In this document: piece by piece, positions 40,175 through 49,533 of the stretch | Layout of the letters: every line of letters starts with the position of its first letter | Position numbering within the stretch: position 1 is the stretch's first letter | NCBI GenBank assembly: GCA_036339735.1 | Contig: JAYZAL010000087.1 | Span: 1 to 64,000 of the forward strand | Length of the DNA: 64,000 nucleotides | From: Candidatus Poribacteria bacterium | Lineage (GTDB): Bacteria > Poribacteria > WGA-4E > UBA9662 | Direction: 5' to 3' | The notes under the pieces: generated by a model | Seen by the model: the letters and a program-made list of their open reading frames with translations, nothing else | The model's database searches: none | Told to the model about the DNA's origin: nothing | Program-made: the position numbers and the translations under genes

Positions 40175-40498
40175 TCCACCTGGCATCGAATGATGTTGGA
40201 GGAGTCTGAATACTTTTCAAGGTGTAAAAAGTTACTTTTCGCGGTGGGGGTATTTCATCATCTTGGCTTCTCTAGCACGTGTTTATACACGATTGGCAGC
40301 CCAAGCTGAAAATATCAACTAACATCAAGCCAGACCCTTGCAACGGTCTTAATCGGCTAACAAGATTATTATTGAAATTGGCCAACTCTCTTGTGTGACA
40401 GATTTAAGACCTATTTAGCCAAAATCTAAAGTCGAAAAGGACTTTGGTTGAATTATGTGGGCTGGTTAACAGGGCAGATTTGGGTCTCTAATATCAAT

Positions 40499-40533
40499 CA
40501 AAGCGGGGAAGTTTAATCAACTTCCCCGCTTTG
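40499..40533 (-). terminator. Strong hairpin terminator for the His/Asp lipopeptide gene (possibly bidirectional)
   Basis: CAAAGCGGGGAAGTT-TAATC-AACTTCCCCGCTTTG, perfect 15-bp stem about 25 nt past the stop. Confidence 0.8.
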
Positions 40534-40556
40534 GTTCGATCCACCCAAGAACTTAT

Positions 40557-40766
40557 TTATTTTGTTCCATCGTCATGATCATCATCTTGGTCATGATCGT
40601 CGTGATCATCATCGTCGTGATCATCATCGTGGTCATGATCGTCGTGATCGTCGTGATCGTCATCGTCTGTATCACAGGCAGTGATTAAGAACATCGAACT
40701 AAACAGCAATATAAAGAGCATCAGCCCAATAAAAACTGGCTTAAATCTGAGACTAGCCAACGTCAT
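40557..40766 (-). CDS. Small lipoprotein whose mature part is almost entirely Asp/His (putative Zn-binding peptide)
   Basis: GGAGG RBS before ATG 40766; signal peptide with lipobox LITA-C; mature CDTDDDDHDDHDDHDHDDDHDDDDHDDHDQDDDHDDGTK; has its own terminator. Confidence 0.8.
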   Translation of the reverse strand: MTLASLRFKPVFIGLMLFILLFSSMFLITACDTDDDDHDDHDDHDHDDDHDDDDHDDHDQDDDHDDGTK

Positions 40767-40780
40767 TGTTATAAACCTCC

Positions 40781-40834
40781 TTGACAAAGGATTTGGTAAT
40801 CAATAAAATATGTTATGTTATAACATAACATATT
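40781..40834 (+). promoter_or_regulatory. Sigma70 promoter overlapped by a perfect 28-bp Zur-type palindrome, in a divergent intergenic region
   Basis: TTGACA (40781) - 17 nt - TAAAAT (40804); AATATGTTATGTTA|TAACATAACATATT at 40807-40834. Confidence 0.85.
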
Positions 40835-40981
40835 GGGCGGGTTTTTACAACCCCCACCCAAACAGGTACTCTCAGATGGACAACCAGCAATCAGATCGAA
40901 TTTGTTTTAACACATCACCATCGGCTTACAGAAAAGCTCGAATTAAGTCTTGGAATCCGTTTCCGAAGCTAAGGAGCTAGT

Positions 40982-41419
40982 ATGACCGAAATTACACCTA
41001 CGTCATCTTCTTTAGTAGATGATGCTCAGACAGCTCGGCCCTCTGTACTTCACGTATGCACATCTTGTAGAACACCCGGCTCACCACGTGAGCCAGAAGA
41101 GAATCGAGCAGGTTTTAAACTATATCAAGAACTTTCCACGGTTTTTCGAGACAGTACGTTGGGACACCATGTGAAGGTTCAGCCTACCGTCTGCCTCAAC
41201 GTGTGCTCACGCCACTGTGGGATCGCGCTCTCTTCCCCTGGTGCCTGGAGTTATATCTTCGGAGACCAAAACCCAAGTGAGAGTACAAGTGATATCGTAG
41301 AGTGTTTGTCGATCTACATCGGCACCGAAGATGGAGTCATGCGACGAGAGAAGCGTCCTAAGTCTCTTCGAACAAGTATATTGGGGCGTGTGCCACCCCA
41401 AGGTGGAATTACTGAGTGA
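40982..41419 (+). CDS. DUF1636 family metal-binding (thioredoxin-like ferredoxin fold) protein
   Basis: LHVCTSCR...VCLNVCSRHCGIALSSPGAWSYIFGD...RP..LR...GRVPP; AAGGAG RBS. Confidence 0.8.
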   Translation: MTEITPTSSSLVDDAQTARPSVLHVCTSCRTPGSPREPEENRAGFKLYQELSTVFRDSTLGHHVKVQPTVCLNVCSRHCGIALSSPGAWSYIFGDQNPSESTSDIVECLSIYIGTEDGVMRREKRPKSLRTSILGRVPPQGGITE

Positions 41420-41457
41420 GCAATTCATTTTTGAGTGATGACAGCAAACGTTTTCAT

Positions 41458-41961
41458 ATGAATAGAAAGCAACTCAATCACGTTCTCGATAGAGTAAAAG
41501 AGATTTGTACCCGTTCTGGCTGGCGTCTGACCGAAAAGCGCAGAGGTGTTTTAGAACTTTTGCTAATGTCCGATGTTCCTTTGTCGGCCTACGAAATCAC
41601 TGATGCTTACAATCAGATCGCCAAAAAATCGATCACAGCCATGACCGTATACCGGATTGTGGGATTTCTCGAGTCAGAAAATTTGGTACACAAACTTAAT
41701 TCAACCAATAATAAATACGTTGCCTGTTCCCATATTGCTTGTAGACAAGCGCACGAAATCCCACAATTTTTAATTTGTGGTGAATGCCAAACTACCAAAG
41801 AAATCGCATGTGGTGGATGCCCAGATGAGAAAGAAATATCAATTTCCAAAAATGTGATTGATGAGCTAAGCAAACTGGCCAGTAGGGCAGGTTACAGGCT
41901 TATAAATTCGCAATTGGAACTGCGGGTTCTCTGCAATAACTGCTCGGTGAGTAAAGCTTAG
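41458..41961 (+). CDS. zur: Zinc uptake regulator (Fur family), copy 2
   Basis: Closely similar to 39615..40115 along its length (both end INSQLELRVLCNNCSVSKA). ATG 41458 has the same TTTTCATATGAAT context; the ORF is open from 41416. Confidence 0.85.
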   Translation: MNRKQLNHVLDRVKEICTRSGWRLTEKRRGVLELLLMSDVPLSAYEITDAYNQIAKKSITAMTVYRIVGFLESENLVHKLNSTNNKYVACSHIACRQAHEIPQFLICGECQTTKEIACGGCPDEKEISISKNVIDELSKLASRAGYRLINSQLELRVLCNNCSVSKA

Positions 41962-41963
41962 CT

Positions 41964-42401
41964 ATGTTGAATCGTTTTTATAAATCGCTTGAATCTATTA
42001 CTACAGGGGAATTCATTTCGCTTGACGAATGCGTTAAACACTTGACTTTTAATAACCAAGGTTTAATCCCTGTAGTGACACAGTGTTACCATAGTAAAGA
42101 TGTACTAATGCAAGCTTGGATGAACCGAGCGGCAATTGAAAAAACGTTGACCTCTGGACTGATGACCTACTGGTCTCGTAGTCGTCAAGAGTTCTGGGTG
42201 AAAGGCGAAACCAGTGGTCATACTCAACAGTTGGTGGATATGCGCTTTGATTGCGATGGAGACACCATCCTATGTCAGGTTAAGCAGATGGGCTCAGCTT
42301 GTCATACTGATCGCCCCAACTGTTTTTACTTGCAGGTCGATACCGATAATCAAGTGGTAAAATTGCATAAAGCAGATCAAGACAAGAGTGATCAATCATG
42401 A
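41964..42401 (+). CDS. hisI: Phosphoribosyl-AMP cyclohydrolase (Zur-regulon paralogue)
   Basis: GLIPVVTQ, VLMQAWMN, YWSRSRQEFWVKGETSGHTQ, DCDGD, ACHT..NCF. Confidence 0.92.
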   Translation: MLNRFYKSLESITTGEFISLDECVKHLTFNNQGLIPVVTQCYHSKDVLMQAWMNRAAIEKTLTSGLMTYWSRSRQEFWVKGETSGHTQQLVDMRFDCDGDTILCQVKQMGSACHTDRPNCFYLQVDTDNQVVKLHKADQDKSDQS

Positions 42402-42522
42402 TTAAAATCAAAATGATCCGTGTCAAACCCCTTCTGTATTGGAGTGTCTGGAGTCGTATGGGGTTGGCACTGTTTCTAAGCCTGATTATGTGGGCATTGG
42501 TATTAGGAATTATCCGTTCATC

Positions 42523-43266
42523 ATGAGTATTCAACTTAATAACCTTACGCTTACCTATGGGCGACATCCAGCAGTACATCATGTGACAGCGTCTATCGCC
42601 CAAGGAGATTGGCTAGCCATTGTAGGACCCAATGGTGCAGGGAAATCGACTCTGCTGAATGCTATGGCTGGGCTAACTACAGTTCATCAGGGTGGAGTTG
42701 AAGGTAGCATTGAAGGTTTATGTCCAAATGCGGTGGCCTATCTACCACAGCAAACACAGTTAGATAAAAGTTTCCCCATCAACGTGTTTGAGCTAGTAGT
42801 AACAGGCTTATGGGCTGAACTTGGTTTTTCAAAGTCCGTGACTAGGAAACAATATGATCAATGTGCAGATGCGATAGCAGCGGTAGGCTTACAAGGTTTC
42901 GAAGACCGCATGATCAATACACTTTCCGGTGGGCAATTACAACGCAGCCTGTTTGCACGAGTCCTTCTACAAGACCAATCAGTGATCTTATTGGATGAGC
43001 CTTTTAACGCAATTGATTCAAAAACCTTAGCTGATCTGACTGACGTAATACAGCAATGGCATCAAAATAAGCGAACCGTAATCATGGTGACGCATGACCT
43101 TGAATATGTGCAACAAAACTGCCCCAAAACCATGTTGCTAGCACGAGAGTGCATTGGGTACGGCTTAACCGAAGATGTTCTTACCCGAAAAAATTTAAAG
43201 CGGGCAAGACAAATTTCTGAAGCATTTGATGACCATGCTGAATTATGTGTACAAGGTATAGCATGA
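42523..43266 (+). CDS. Zn/Mn ABC transporter ATPase (AztA/ZnuC-like)
   Basis: YGRHPAVH, GPNGAGKSTLL, AYLPQQ, LSGGQLQR, LLDEPF, VTHD; probable start ATG 42523. Confidence 0.9.
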   Translation: MSIQLNNLTLTYGRHPAVHHVTASIAQGDWLAIVGPNGAGKSTLLNAMAGLTTVHQGGVEGSIEGLCPNAVAYLPQQTQLDKSFPINVFELVVTGLWAELGFSKSVTRKQYDQCADAIAAVGLQGFEDRMINTLSGGQLQRSLFARVLLQDQSVILLDEPFNAIDSKTLADLTDVIQQWHQNKRTVIMVTHDLEYVQQNCPKTMLLARECIGYGLTEDVLTRKNLKRARQISEAFDDHAELCVQGIA

Positions 43267-43267
43267 T

Positions 43268-44134
43268 ATGAATGCACTATTAATTGGCCCCTTCAGTGAT
43301 TATGTTTTTATGCAACGTGCGTTAGTCGGTAGTCTTGCCGTTTGTCTGGGTTCTGTACCTGTGGGAATATTTATGACATTACGACAAATGAGCTTAACAG
43401 GTGATGCTATGGCTCACGCCATACTGCCGGGGGCAGCCATAGCCTATTTGCTGTCAGGTTTATCTTTGGTGGCGCTTACCTTGGGGGGGCTGGTAGCGGG
43501 GCTCGTAGTAGCAGCACTGGCAGGTTGGGTTGCACGCAGTACTCACCTTAAGGAGGACACTAGTCTCGCGGCCTTTTATTTAGTCTCTCTAGCCTTAGGT
43601 GTTTTAGTGATTTCACTCAAGCACAGTAACGTGGACTTGTTTCATGTACTCTTTGGTAATATTTTAGCCCTCGATAACGCAGCATTATGGTTGTTAGCTA
43701 GTATAGCTACGATCAGTATGGTGTTTATGGCTTTTTTATATCGCTCTTTGGTAATTGAATGTGTCGACCCTTCGTTTTTGCGTCGTTCCAGCAAGGCGAG
43801 CTCAATCGCCCATTACGGTTTTTTATTTTTAATGGTAATTAATTTAGTAGGAGGCTTTCATGCCCTAGGCACATTGATGGCAATTGGTATCATGATTTTA
43901 CCCGCAGCAGCGGCCCGATTTTGGGCGAAAACATTGGATGGCATTCTCACGACCTCTATACTAATGAGCTTTGCAGGTTGTTATGCTGGTCTATTACTCT
44001 CTTTCTACTTTGATTTACCTGCGGGCCCGGCCATTGTACTTTCATTGGGTATGGTTTACATGACCTCGATATTTATTGGTTTCAATGGTGGATTGCTTGA
44101 AAAATACTATTCGGGCAGCCACCTTACGGGATAA
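43268..44134 (+). CDS. Zn/Mn ABC transporter permease (AztB/ZnuB-like)
   Basis: FMQRAL, MSLTGDAMAHAILPG, DLFHVLFGNILA, ILPAAAAR, PAGPAIV. Confidence 0.9.
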   Translation: MNALLIGPFSDYVFMQRALVGSLAVCLGSVPVGIFMTLRQMSLTGDAMAHAILPGAAIAYLLSGLSLVALTLGGLVAGLVVAALAGWVARSTHLKEDTSLAAFYLVSLALGVLVISLKHSNVDLFHVLFGNILALDNAALWLLASIATISMVFMAFLYRSLVIECVDPSFLRRSSKASSIAHYGFLFLMVINLVGGFHALGTLMAIGIMILPAAAARFWAKTLDGILTTSILMSFAGCYAGLLLSFYFDLPAGPAIVLSLGMVYMTSIFIGFNGGLLEKYYSGSHLTG

Positions 44135-44138
44135 CACT

Positions 44139-45026
44139 ATGTATCAGATAAAAAGATTTTTAAAATCAATGTTTCTATGCCTATTTTTTTTGGCAAATGT
44201 CGTCAGCGCTGGCGACTCAAGTATTCGTGTTGTCACCAGCTTTTCTATTTTGGAAAACTTAGTCAACGAGTTAGGTGGTCAATACGTCAGTGTGATAAAT
44301 CTAGTTAGTCGAAATAGCGACGCGCATATGTATCAACCCAAACCCTCCGATGCCGTTTCTATTGCAAAGGCTGACTTGGTCGTCTTCAACGGACTGGGGT
44401 TCGAAGGCTGGATTCCACGTCTAATAAAAAATAGTGGCTACAAAAATAAACAAATTATTGCGAGTGAGGGCGTTGATGCCATTAAGAATGGTAAGGAGAT
44501 TGACCCACATGCCTGGCAGAGTTTTCACAACATTCGTCTGTATGTCCAAAATATTACTCAGGCGTTGATAGAGCTTAGGCCACAGCATGTAAAAGCCTTA
44601 ACCAAACGTCAGCAGAAATATCTAGGCTCGATAAGCAATTTAGAAAAGCGTCTCAAAAAACAGTTTGCAAGTATTCCCTCGAATAAACGTATTGTCGTGA
44701 CTAGTCATGATGCATTTGGTTATTTAGGACGTGAGTTTAATATTCGGTTTCTAGCACCACTTGGGCTAAGTATAGAAGTCGAAGCTTCAGCTGAGGATGT
44801 GGCCGCCATTATCGATCAGATACGTGAGCAAAATGTCAAAGCACTCTTTGTAGAAAATATCAATAATCCGCGCTTGTTAGAGCTGATTTCTGCCGAGACG
44901 AATGTTGCCATCGGTGGTCGTCTCTATTCGGACGCATTAAGTGAAATCAAAGGTCCAGCAGACACATATTTAAAAATGATGCGACATAATATCGAGTCGT
45001 TAATCAATAGATTAAATACCCATTAA
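44139..45026 (+). CDS. Zn/Mn ABC transporter substrate-binding protein (AztC/ZnuA-like)
   Basis: VVTSFSIL, DAHMYQPKPSD, NGLGFEGW, DPHAWQS, TSHDAFGY, LYSDALS; signal peptide from ATG 44139. Confidence 0.9.
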   Translation: MYQIKRFLKSMFLCLFFLANVVSAGDSSIRVVTSFSILENLVNELGGQYVSVINLVSRNSDAHMYQPKPSDAVSIAKADLVVFNGLGFEGWIPRLIKNSGYKNKQIIASEGVDAIKNGKEIDPHAWQSFHNIRLYVQNITQALIELRPQHVKALTKRQQKYLGSISNLEKRLKKQFASIPSNKRIVVTSHDAFGYLGREFNIRFLAPLGLSIEVEASAEDVAAIIDQIREQNVKALFVENINNPRLLELISAETNVAIGGRLYSDALSEIKGPADTYLKMMRHNIESLINRLNTH

Positions 45027-45057
45027 ATTTAGGGGTGAATAAAGTTAAGGAGTCAAG

Positions 45058-46500
45058 ATGAGCCAAAAAGTAAAAAGAAAACAACGAAAAGATAAAAAGA
45101 AAAGCCAAGCCCGTAACCGATCGAAAGCAAATGTGGTCGAATCAAAACCATCAGTTCTTAATAAGATTCCCGTTACTGTACTGACAGGTTTTCTTGGTAG
45201 TGGTAAAACTACACTACTTAATCGCATTTTATCGGAAGAGCATGGCCTACGCATCGCCGTAATCGAAAATGAATTTGGTGAAATTGGGATTGACCAAGAC
45301 TTAGTGATTAATGCTGATGAAGAGATTCTCGAAATGAACAATGGTTGCATTTGTTGTACAGTCCGTGGGGATTTAATTCGCATCTTGGGCGAATTAGCCA
45401 AGCGTAAAGACAAATTTGACCGTGTGATTTTAGAAACGACAGGCATGGCTGACCCTGGTCCCGTAGCTCAAACATTCTTTGTAGATCAAGATATTATTGA
45501 TCAATATGAACTCGATGGCATTATCACCCTAGTGGATTCCAAGCATGTCAACGCCCACTTGGATGATGGTACTGATGAAGTTATGTCTCAGCTGGCTTTC
45601 GCCGATCGTATTATACTTAATAAAGCGGATCTGGTAACTGAAGGCCGACTCTCCAGTTTAAAGACGCGCTTGCAGGAAATGAATCAAATGGCAGGGTTTT
45701 ATTCAGCTACCATGGCCGATGCTCCCATTGCTGAACTGCTGGATATTGGCGGTTTTAATCTTTCACGTGCCGTGGAGATGAAACCCAATTTCTTGGAGCC
45801 CGAATACCCCTTCGAGTGGGGTGGTATTTGGCAGTTGCCAGCAGGCCACTATCGTTTCCAGTTAGCCAACGGCCCGGACCCGGATATGACTTTTCTGATG
45901 TCTGAAGTTGAAGATGCCTCTGAATCAGCGGTCTTGGAGTTAGCAGAAGAGGTATTTGTCGAATTCTCAAGAACGCCAGCGCAGTTGTCACACGGACAGT
46001 CAATAGCTGAAGTTGCTAAGTGTTACAGGCTCCAACTGGTAGGCCAAGAACTCTATGAATTTCATCTCGAAACGGAAGACGCTAAGGATGTAGCGATTTT
46101 TTCTCAGCACACTCCGGAAGAGTTCGATATGAAATTGGTCAACCAGGATAATGCCGAATATAGTCCGGTCGCTGAACACTTTTTTAATGCCGAACATGAG
46201 CATGATGATGCTGTCTCATCTGTTTCAGTTGAATTACCTGGATTATTTGACATAGAAAAAATCAACGGCTGGCTTGGTATGTTTCTCCAAGAAAAAGGCG
46301 TTGATATTTATCGCATGAAAGGTATAGTAGGATTAAAAGGCGAAAAACGTAAAATTGTGTTTCAAGGGGTTCATATGATTTTTGGTAGTGAGCCAGGAAA
46401 ACCCTGGGGTGCTGAGGAACCGGTAAACCGAATGATTTTTATTGGCAAAGATCTAGATGAAGAATATATACATGGTTCATTGCAAGCTTGTTTAAACTAA
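45058..46500 (+). CDS. COG0523/CobW-family metallochaperone GTPase with central insertion
   Basis: [33 protein letters not shown]; insertion starting [10 protein letters not shown]; CobW_C HEHDD...YRMKG..FQGVH. Confidence 0.92.
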   Translation: MSQKVKRKQRKDKKKSQARNRSKANVVESKPSVLNKIPVTVLTGFLGSGKTTLLNRILSEEHGLRIAVIENEFGEIGIDQDLVINADEEILEMNNGCICCTVRGDLIRILGELAKRKDKFDRVILETTGMADPGPVAQTFFVDQDIIDQYELDGIITLVDSKHVNAHLDDGTDEVMSQLAFADRIILNKADLVTEGRLSSLKTRLQEMNQMAGFYSATMADAPIAELLDIGGFNLSRAVEMKPNFLEPEYPFEWGGIWQLPAGHYRFQLANGPDPDMTFLMSEVEDASESAVLELAEEVFVEFSRTPAQLSHGQSIAEVAKCYRLQLVGQELYEFHLETEDAKDVAIFSQHTPEEFDMKLVNQDNAEYSPVAEHFFNAEHEHDDAVSSVSVELPGLFDIEKINGWLGMFLQEKGVDIYRMKGIVGLKGEKRKIVFQGVHMIFGSEPGKPWGAEEPVNRMIFIGKDLDEEYIHGSLQACLN

Positions 46501-46527
46501 GCAAAACGGTACAAGGCGAATTTCTGT

Positions 46528-46965
46528 ATGAAAAATATAAAAAATATATTCCGCAACCTTGAAAAAAAACTGGAACAGTCAAAATGGTTTGGAGATGACT
46601 GGGAAATATATAATCGTGGCGTTTACTTACAACTCTACAAAGTGAATTGGTACAACGAGAATCAAGGTGGAATACATTTTGAAACCTATATTGAAGCGCC
46701 TCAGATTAAACAAAAATCATTTCCAGTCTGTATGCATGCAGAAGAGGATTGTCCATCTCAACCAGTATTTATTCAAAAAATTCTGGATATGGAGGGCGAT
46801 CGAATAAAAAGTTGGAAGGGATATCAAGCCAGCGGTAAGGGGTACGTTATTTGTCAGCGAACACTGTCGCTTAATTTGAAAAACCTAGAACAACGGCTTT
46901 TTGAAGAGTTTAACCGGCTTCGGCAGCTTGAAGCTTCCGTTGAAAAGGTACTACTCTCGATTTAA
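46528..46965 (+). CDS. Hypothetical protein in the Zn-starvation cluster
   Basis: 145-aa ORF 27 nt after the CobW stop; protein-like composition (YLQLYKVNW, GGIHFETYIE). Confidence 0.6.
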   Translation: MKNIKNIFRNLEKKLEQSKWFGDDWEIYNRGVYLQLYKVNWYNENQGGIHFETYIEAPQIKQKSFPVCMHAEEDCPSQPVFIQKILDMEGDRIKSWKGYQASGKGYVICQRTLSLNLKNLEQRLFEEFNRLRQLEASVEKVLLSI

Positions 46966-47010
46966 TCACAAGTTTATTTGATTCAGAGGAATGAATGTGA
47001 GGTTAAAACT

Positions 47011-47199
47011 ATGAAACGAAATCAAAGTCCTTGCATAGATATGTGTATTTTCTCAGGACCTAAGGGATGGTGCTTGGGCTGTGGTCGTACTCGGAAAGAA
47101 TGTCAGAAGTGGAAGAAAATGAAGCCCTATGCTAAAATTACTCTTCAGAAGGAACTCAAAAAGAGGATGTCTCAAATAGAGGCTAAGCAAATCCGATAA
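47011..47199 (+). CDS. DUF1289 family small Cys-rich protein
   Basis: SPCIDMC...WCLGCGRT..E...W..M; GAGG RBS before ATG 47011. Confidence 0.8.
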   Translation: MKRNQSPCIDMCIFSGPKGWCLGCGRTRKECQKWKKMKPYAKITLQKELKKRMSQIEAKQIR

Positions 47200-47397
47200 A
47201 AAAGTTTAACCAAATTTGTTGCTGAAACCTCTGGAAGATTTTGGTTAGTCTGCTTAACCGTAAGGGGATATCAAAATAGTCAAGGACTCGGCTGAACTTG
47301 TAACGATTATTTCTGTTTGTCTTGGAAACTTGCGGATGTAGATTGGGTTTCTATTGATTCATCTTCTAATTTGGAGCAGGAATAGGAGGATTTTTCT

Positions 47398-47625
47398 ATG
47401 CCCGTGTACGATTTCGAATGTATTGATTGTGAAATCATGTTTGAAGAAAAGCTATCCATTACCGAATCTGATAAAACTGTAAGCTGCCCCTTTTGCCAGA
47501 ATCAAAATACGAAGAAGCGACTTAGTATACCGATGATTTTCAAAAAACAGGCTAGCTCTCCAAGTCCTAGTCCTAACCAAGCTGCAGCATCAAGAAGACA
47601 CTTCTCAGGCTGTCCTTGTTGTTAG
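47398..47625 (+). CDS. FmdB-family Zn-ribbon protein
   Basis: MPVYDFECIDC...FE...CPFC...KRLS; ends HFSGCPCC; AGGAGG RBS. Confidence 0.85.
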   Translation: MPVYDFECIDCEIMFEEKLSITESDKTVSCPFCQNQNTKKRLSIPMIFKKQASSPSPSPNQAAASRRHFSGCPCC

Positions 47626-47644
47626 TCATTATTTTTCATTTTCA

Positions 47645-48691
47645 GTGGTGAATCACATGAATCATATTACAGAATCCCCAATCCCAATTACTATTCTCAG
47701 TGGTTTTCTAGGAGCTGGCAAAACCTCACTACTCAACCATATTCTACATGGCAATCACGGATTAAAAGTTGGGGTGTTAGTGAACGATTTCGGTGAAATT
47801 AATATCGATGCCGAACTAGTAGCTGGTGCTTCTGACAACTCAGTCAGTTTATCTAATGGTTGTGTCTGTTGTTCGATTCGGGATGACTTGGTTGAATCAA
47901 CACTCCAACTGCTAGATAGCTCTGATTGCCCCGAATACTTGATATTGGAGACTAGTGGAGTCGCTGATCCAGTAGCTGTAACCAGAACTTTTTTGGAAAG
48001 CGAACTAGAATCTAGGATTGAGATTGATAGTATCCTGACAGTAGTCGACGCCGATAATGTCGATCAATTGGATGGTGAGTACCAAGATTTAGCCCAAAAT
48101 CAGGTTGGTATAGCTGACATCGTGATCTTGAATAAGATTGACTTAGCTGACCAAGCGAAATTGGATCAGATAAAAACTTGGATCCAAGAACTGGTGCCGA
48201 GTGCTCGGGTAATCGATACGACTCACGGCCAAGTTCCTCTGGAGCTCATTCTGGGGATTGGTCAATTCAAGATTGAAAGGCTTGCCAACCGTTCAGAATC
48301 TGATATTCATGTTCATAGCGCAGACGATGATCACGACCACCATCATGATCACGACCACCATCATGATCACGACCACCATCATCATGACCACACATTGGTT
48401 TTTAGTACTTGGAGCTATAGTTCGGATATGCCCCATTCTTACAAGGCTTTACGTCAAGCAGTGGAAAGTCTGCCTAGAACTATCTATCGAGCTAAAGGGA
48501 TCGTCTTTTTAGATGAATCACCCGACCGACGGGGCGTGTTTCAATTGGTTGGACAGCGAACCCGTGTTTCTGTAAGTGACGAGTGGGGAGAACAAACTCC
48601 TTATACTCATATCGTAGTTATTGGTAGTGACGATGGGATTGATGCCGATGAGTTGAATCAACGATTTACGGCTTGTCAGGTTAAGAGCTAA
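47645..48691 (+). CDS. COG0523/CobW-family metallochaperone GTPase with His-rich linker
   Basis: LSGFLGAGKTS, VNDFG, GCVCC, ETSGVADP, NKID, poly-His/Asp tract, YRAKG. Confidence 0.92.
   Translation: MVNHMNHITESPIPITILSGFLGAGKTSLLNHILHGNHGLKVGVLVNDFGEINIDAELVAGASDNSVSLSNGCVCCSIRDDLVESTLQLLDSSDCPEYLILETSGVADPVAVTRTFLESELESRIEIDSILTVVDADNVDQLDGEYQDLAQNQVGIADIVILNKIDLADQAKLDQIKTWIQELVPSARVIDTTHGQVPLELILGIGQFKIERLANRSESDIHVHSADDDHDHHHDHDHHHDHDHHHHDHTLVFSTWSYSSDMPHSYKALRQAVESLPRTIYRAKGIVFLDESPDRRGVFQLVGQRTRVSVSDEWGEQTPYTHIVVIGSDDGIDADELNQRFTACQVKS
48329..48382 (+). repeat. 18-bp tandem repeat x3 encoding DHDHHH
   Basis: GATCACGACCACCATCAT repeated three times exactly. Confidence 0.9.
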
Positions 48692-49093
48692 AAGACAGTC
48701 CATGGAGAAACGTAACTTTCCGTATTAGATTAGGTTAATCAGTATTGGTATCAGGTTGCAAAGAAACTGACCATCGTAAAAAATAAGAAATTAAATACCT
48801 GACACCGAATAATGCCAAGTTATGTATGGATGAGGTGGTAAAGCAGAAGTAGCATTTGAGGATAGGTCGGACTTCATTCCCAAAGCGTTAAATATTGGGA
48901 GTTGCCTGTGGTCCGTGTATTTTGTAAAAAAGTATTATAGGCAAAGGAATGGAATAAGTGCTCGCTATATCATCCGAAGAGAAACAAGCTTCTGTTTAGG
49001 TAGATATTAAAGCCAAGTCAATCGATATGGATATCTGTAAAAGCTATGCGAACTGGAGTAAAAAGACCTCGCTAGAAATGTAGTACGGGATAA

Positions 49094-49345
49094 TCATTCA
49101 TGCTGATTGGCTACCCCGATGTTCGCAATAGTTTGACTAATGATAGTATCGAGATTCTGTTGGTTTCGATTGGCACTTTGAAAGGCTATCACCAGTGCGT
49201 TAATTAAATCGAACTCCATCGTTTTTAACTGTTGGCTTAATTGTTGTTCCAAAAAGGTAATATCTTTCTTGTCGAGCGCAGTTGATAGTCGCTTTTCAAC
49301 TTTCTCGATCGGTATGCGAATGTCAGCTTGAATTTTCCGACTCAC
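49094..49345 (-). CDS. Small hypothetical protein
   Basis: 83-aa helical-looking ORF; GAGG upstream of the GTG. Confidence 0.45.
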   Translation of the reverse strand: MSRKIQADIRIPIEKVEKRLSTALDKKDITFLEQQLSQQLKTMEFDLINALVIAFQSANRNQQNLDTIISQTIANIGVANQHE

Positions 49346-49533
49346 CTTTTGTACCTCTGCATATTTTTAAATTCGATTTTTGTCAACTCACTACTAGCTT
49401 ATTATCGGATGATTTAGATTTAAAGTTTAGTTTTTCGATCAGAAGATGAATCCCAATGTTTTATATGTTATTTCTAATGGTTGATCTGTTAAACTGTGGC
49501 GTTTAGAAAATATACGAAGTAGGGTTATACTGT

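Noticed and set aside
40570-40670. Repetitive GATCATCATCGTC tract resembling a CRISPR or microsatellite
   Set aside because: No repeat-spacer structure; it is the reverse complement of the Asp/His codons of the lipopeptide.
45045-45446. 133-aa antisense ORF, and similar short shadow ORFs such as 15971..16450, 37769..38158, 39770..40003 and 41613..41873
   Set aside because: They lie antisense to, or inside, well-supported genes and have no independent motifs.
48743-48811. Imperfect inverted repeat GGTATCAGGT...ACCTGACACC after CobW-2 (REP/MITE-like)
   Set aside because: Single copy in the window, long AT-rich spacer, and no recognisable transposase in 48811-49090
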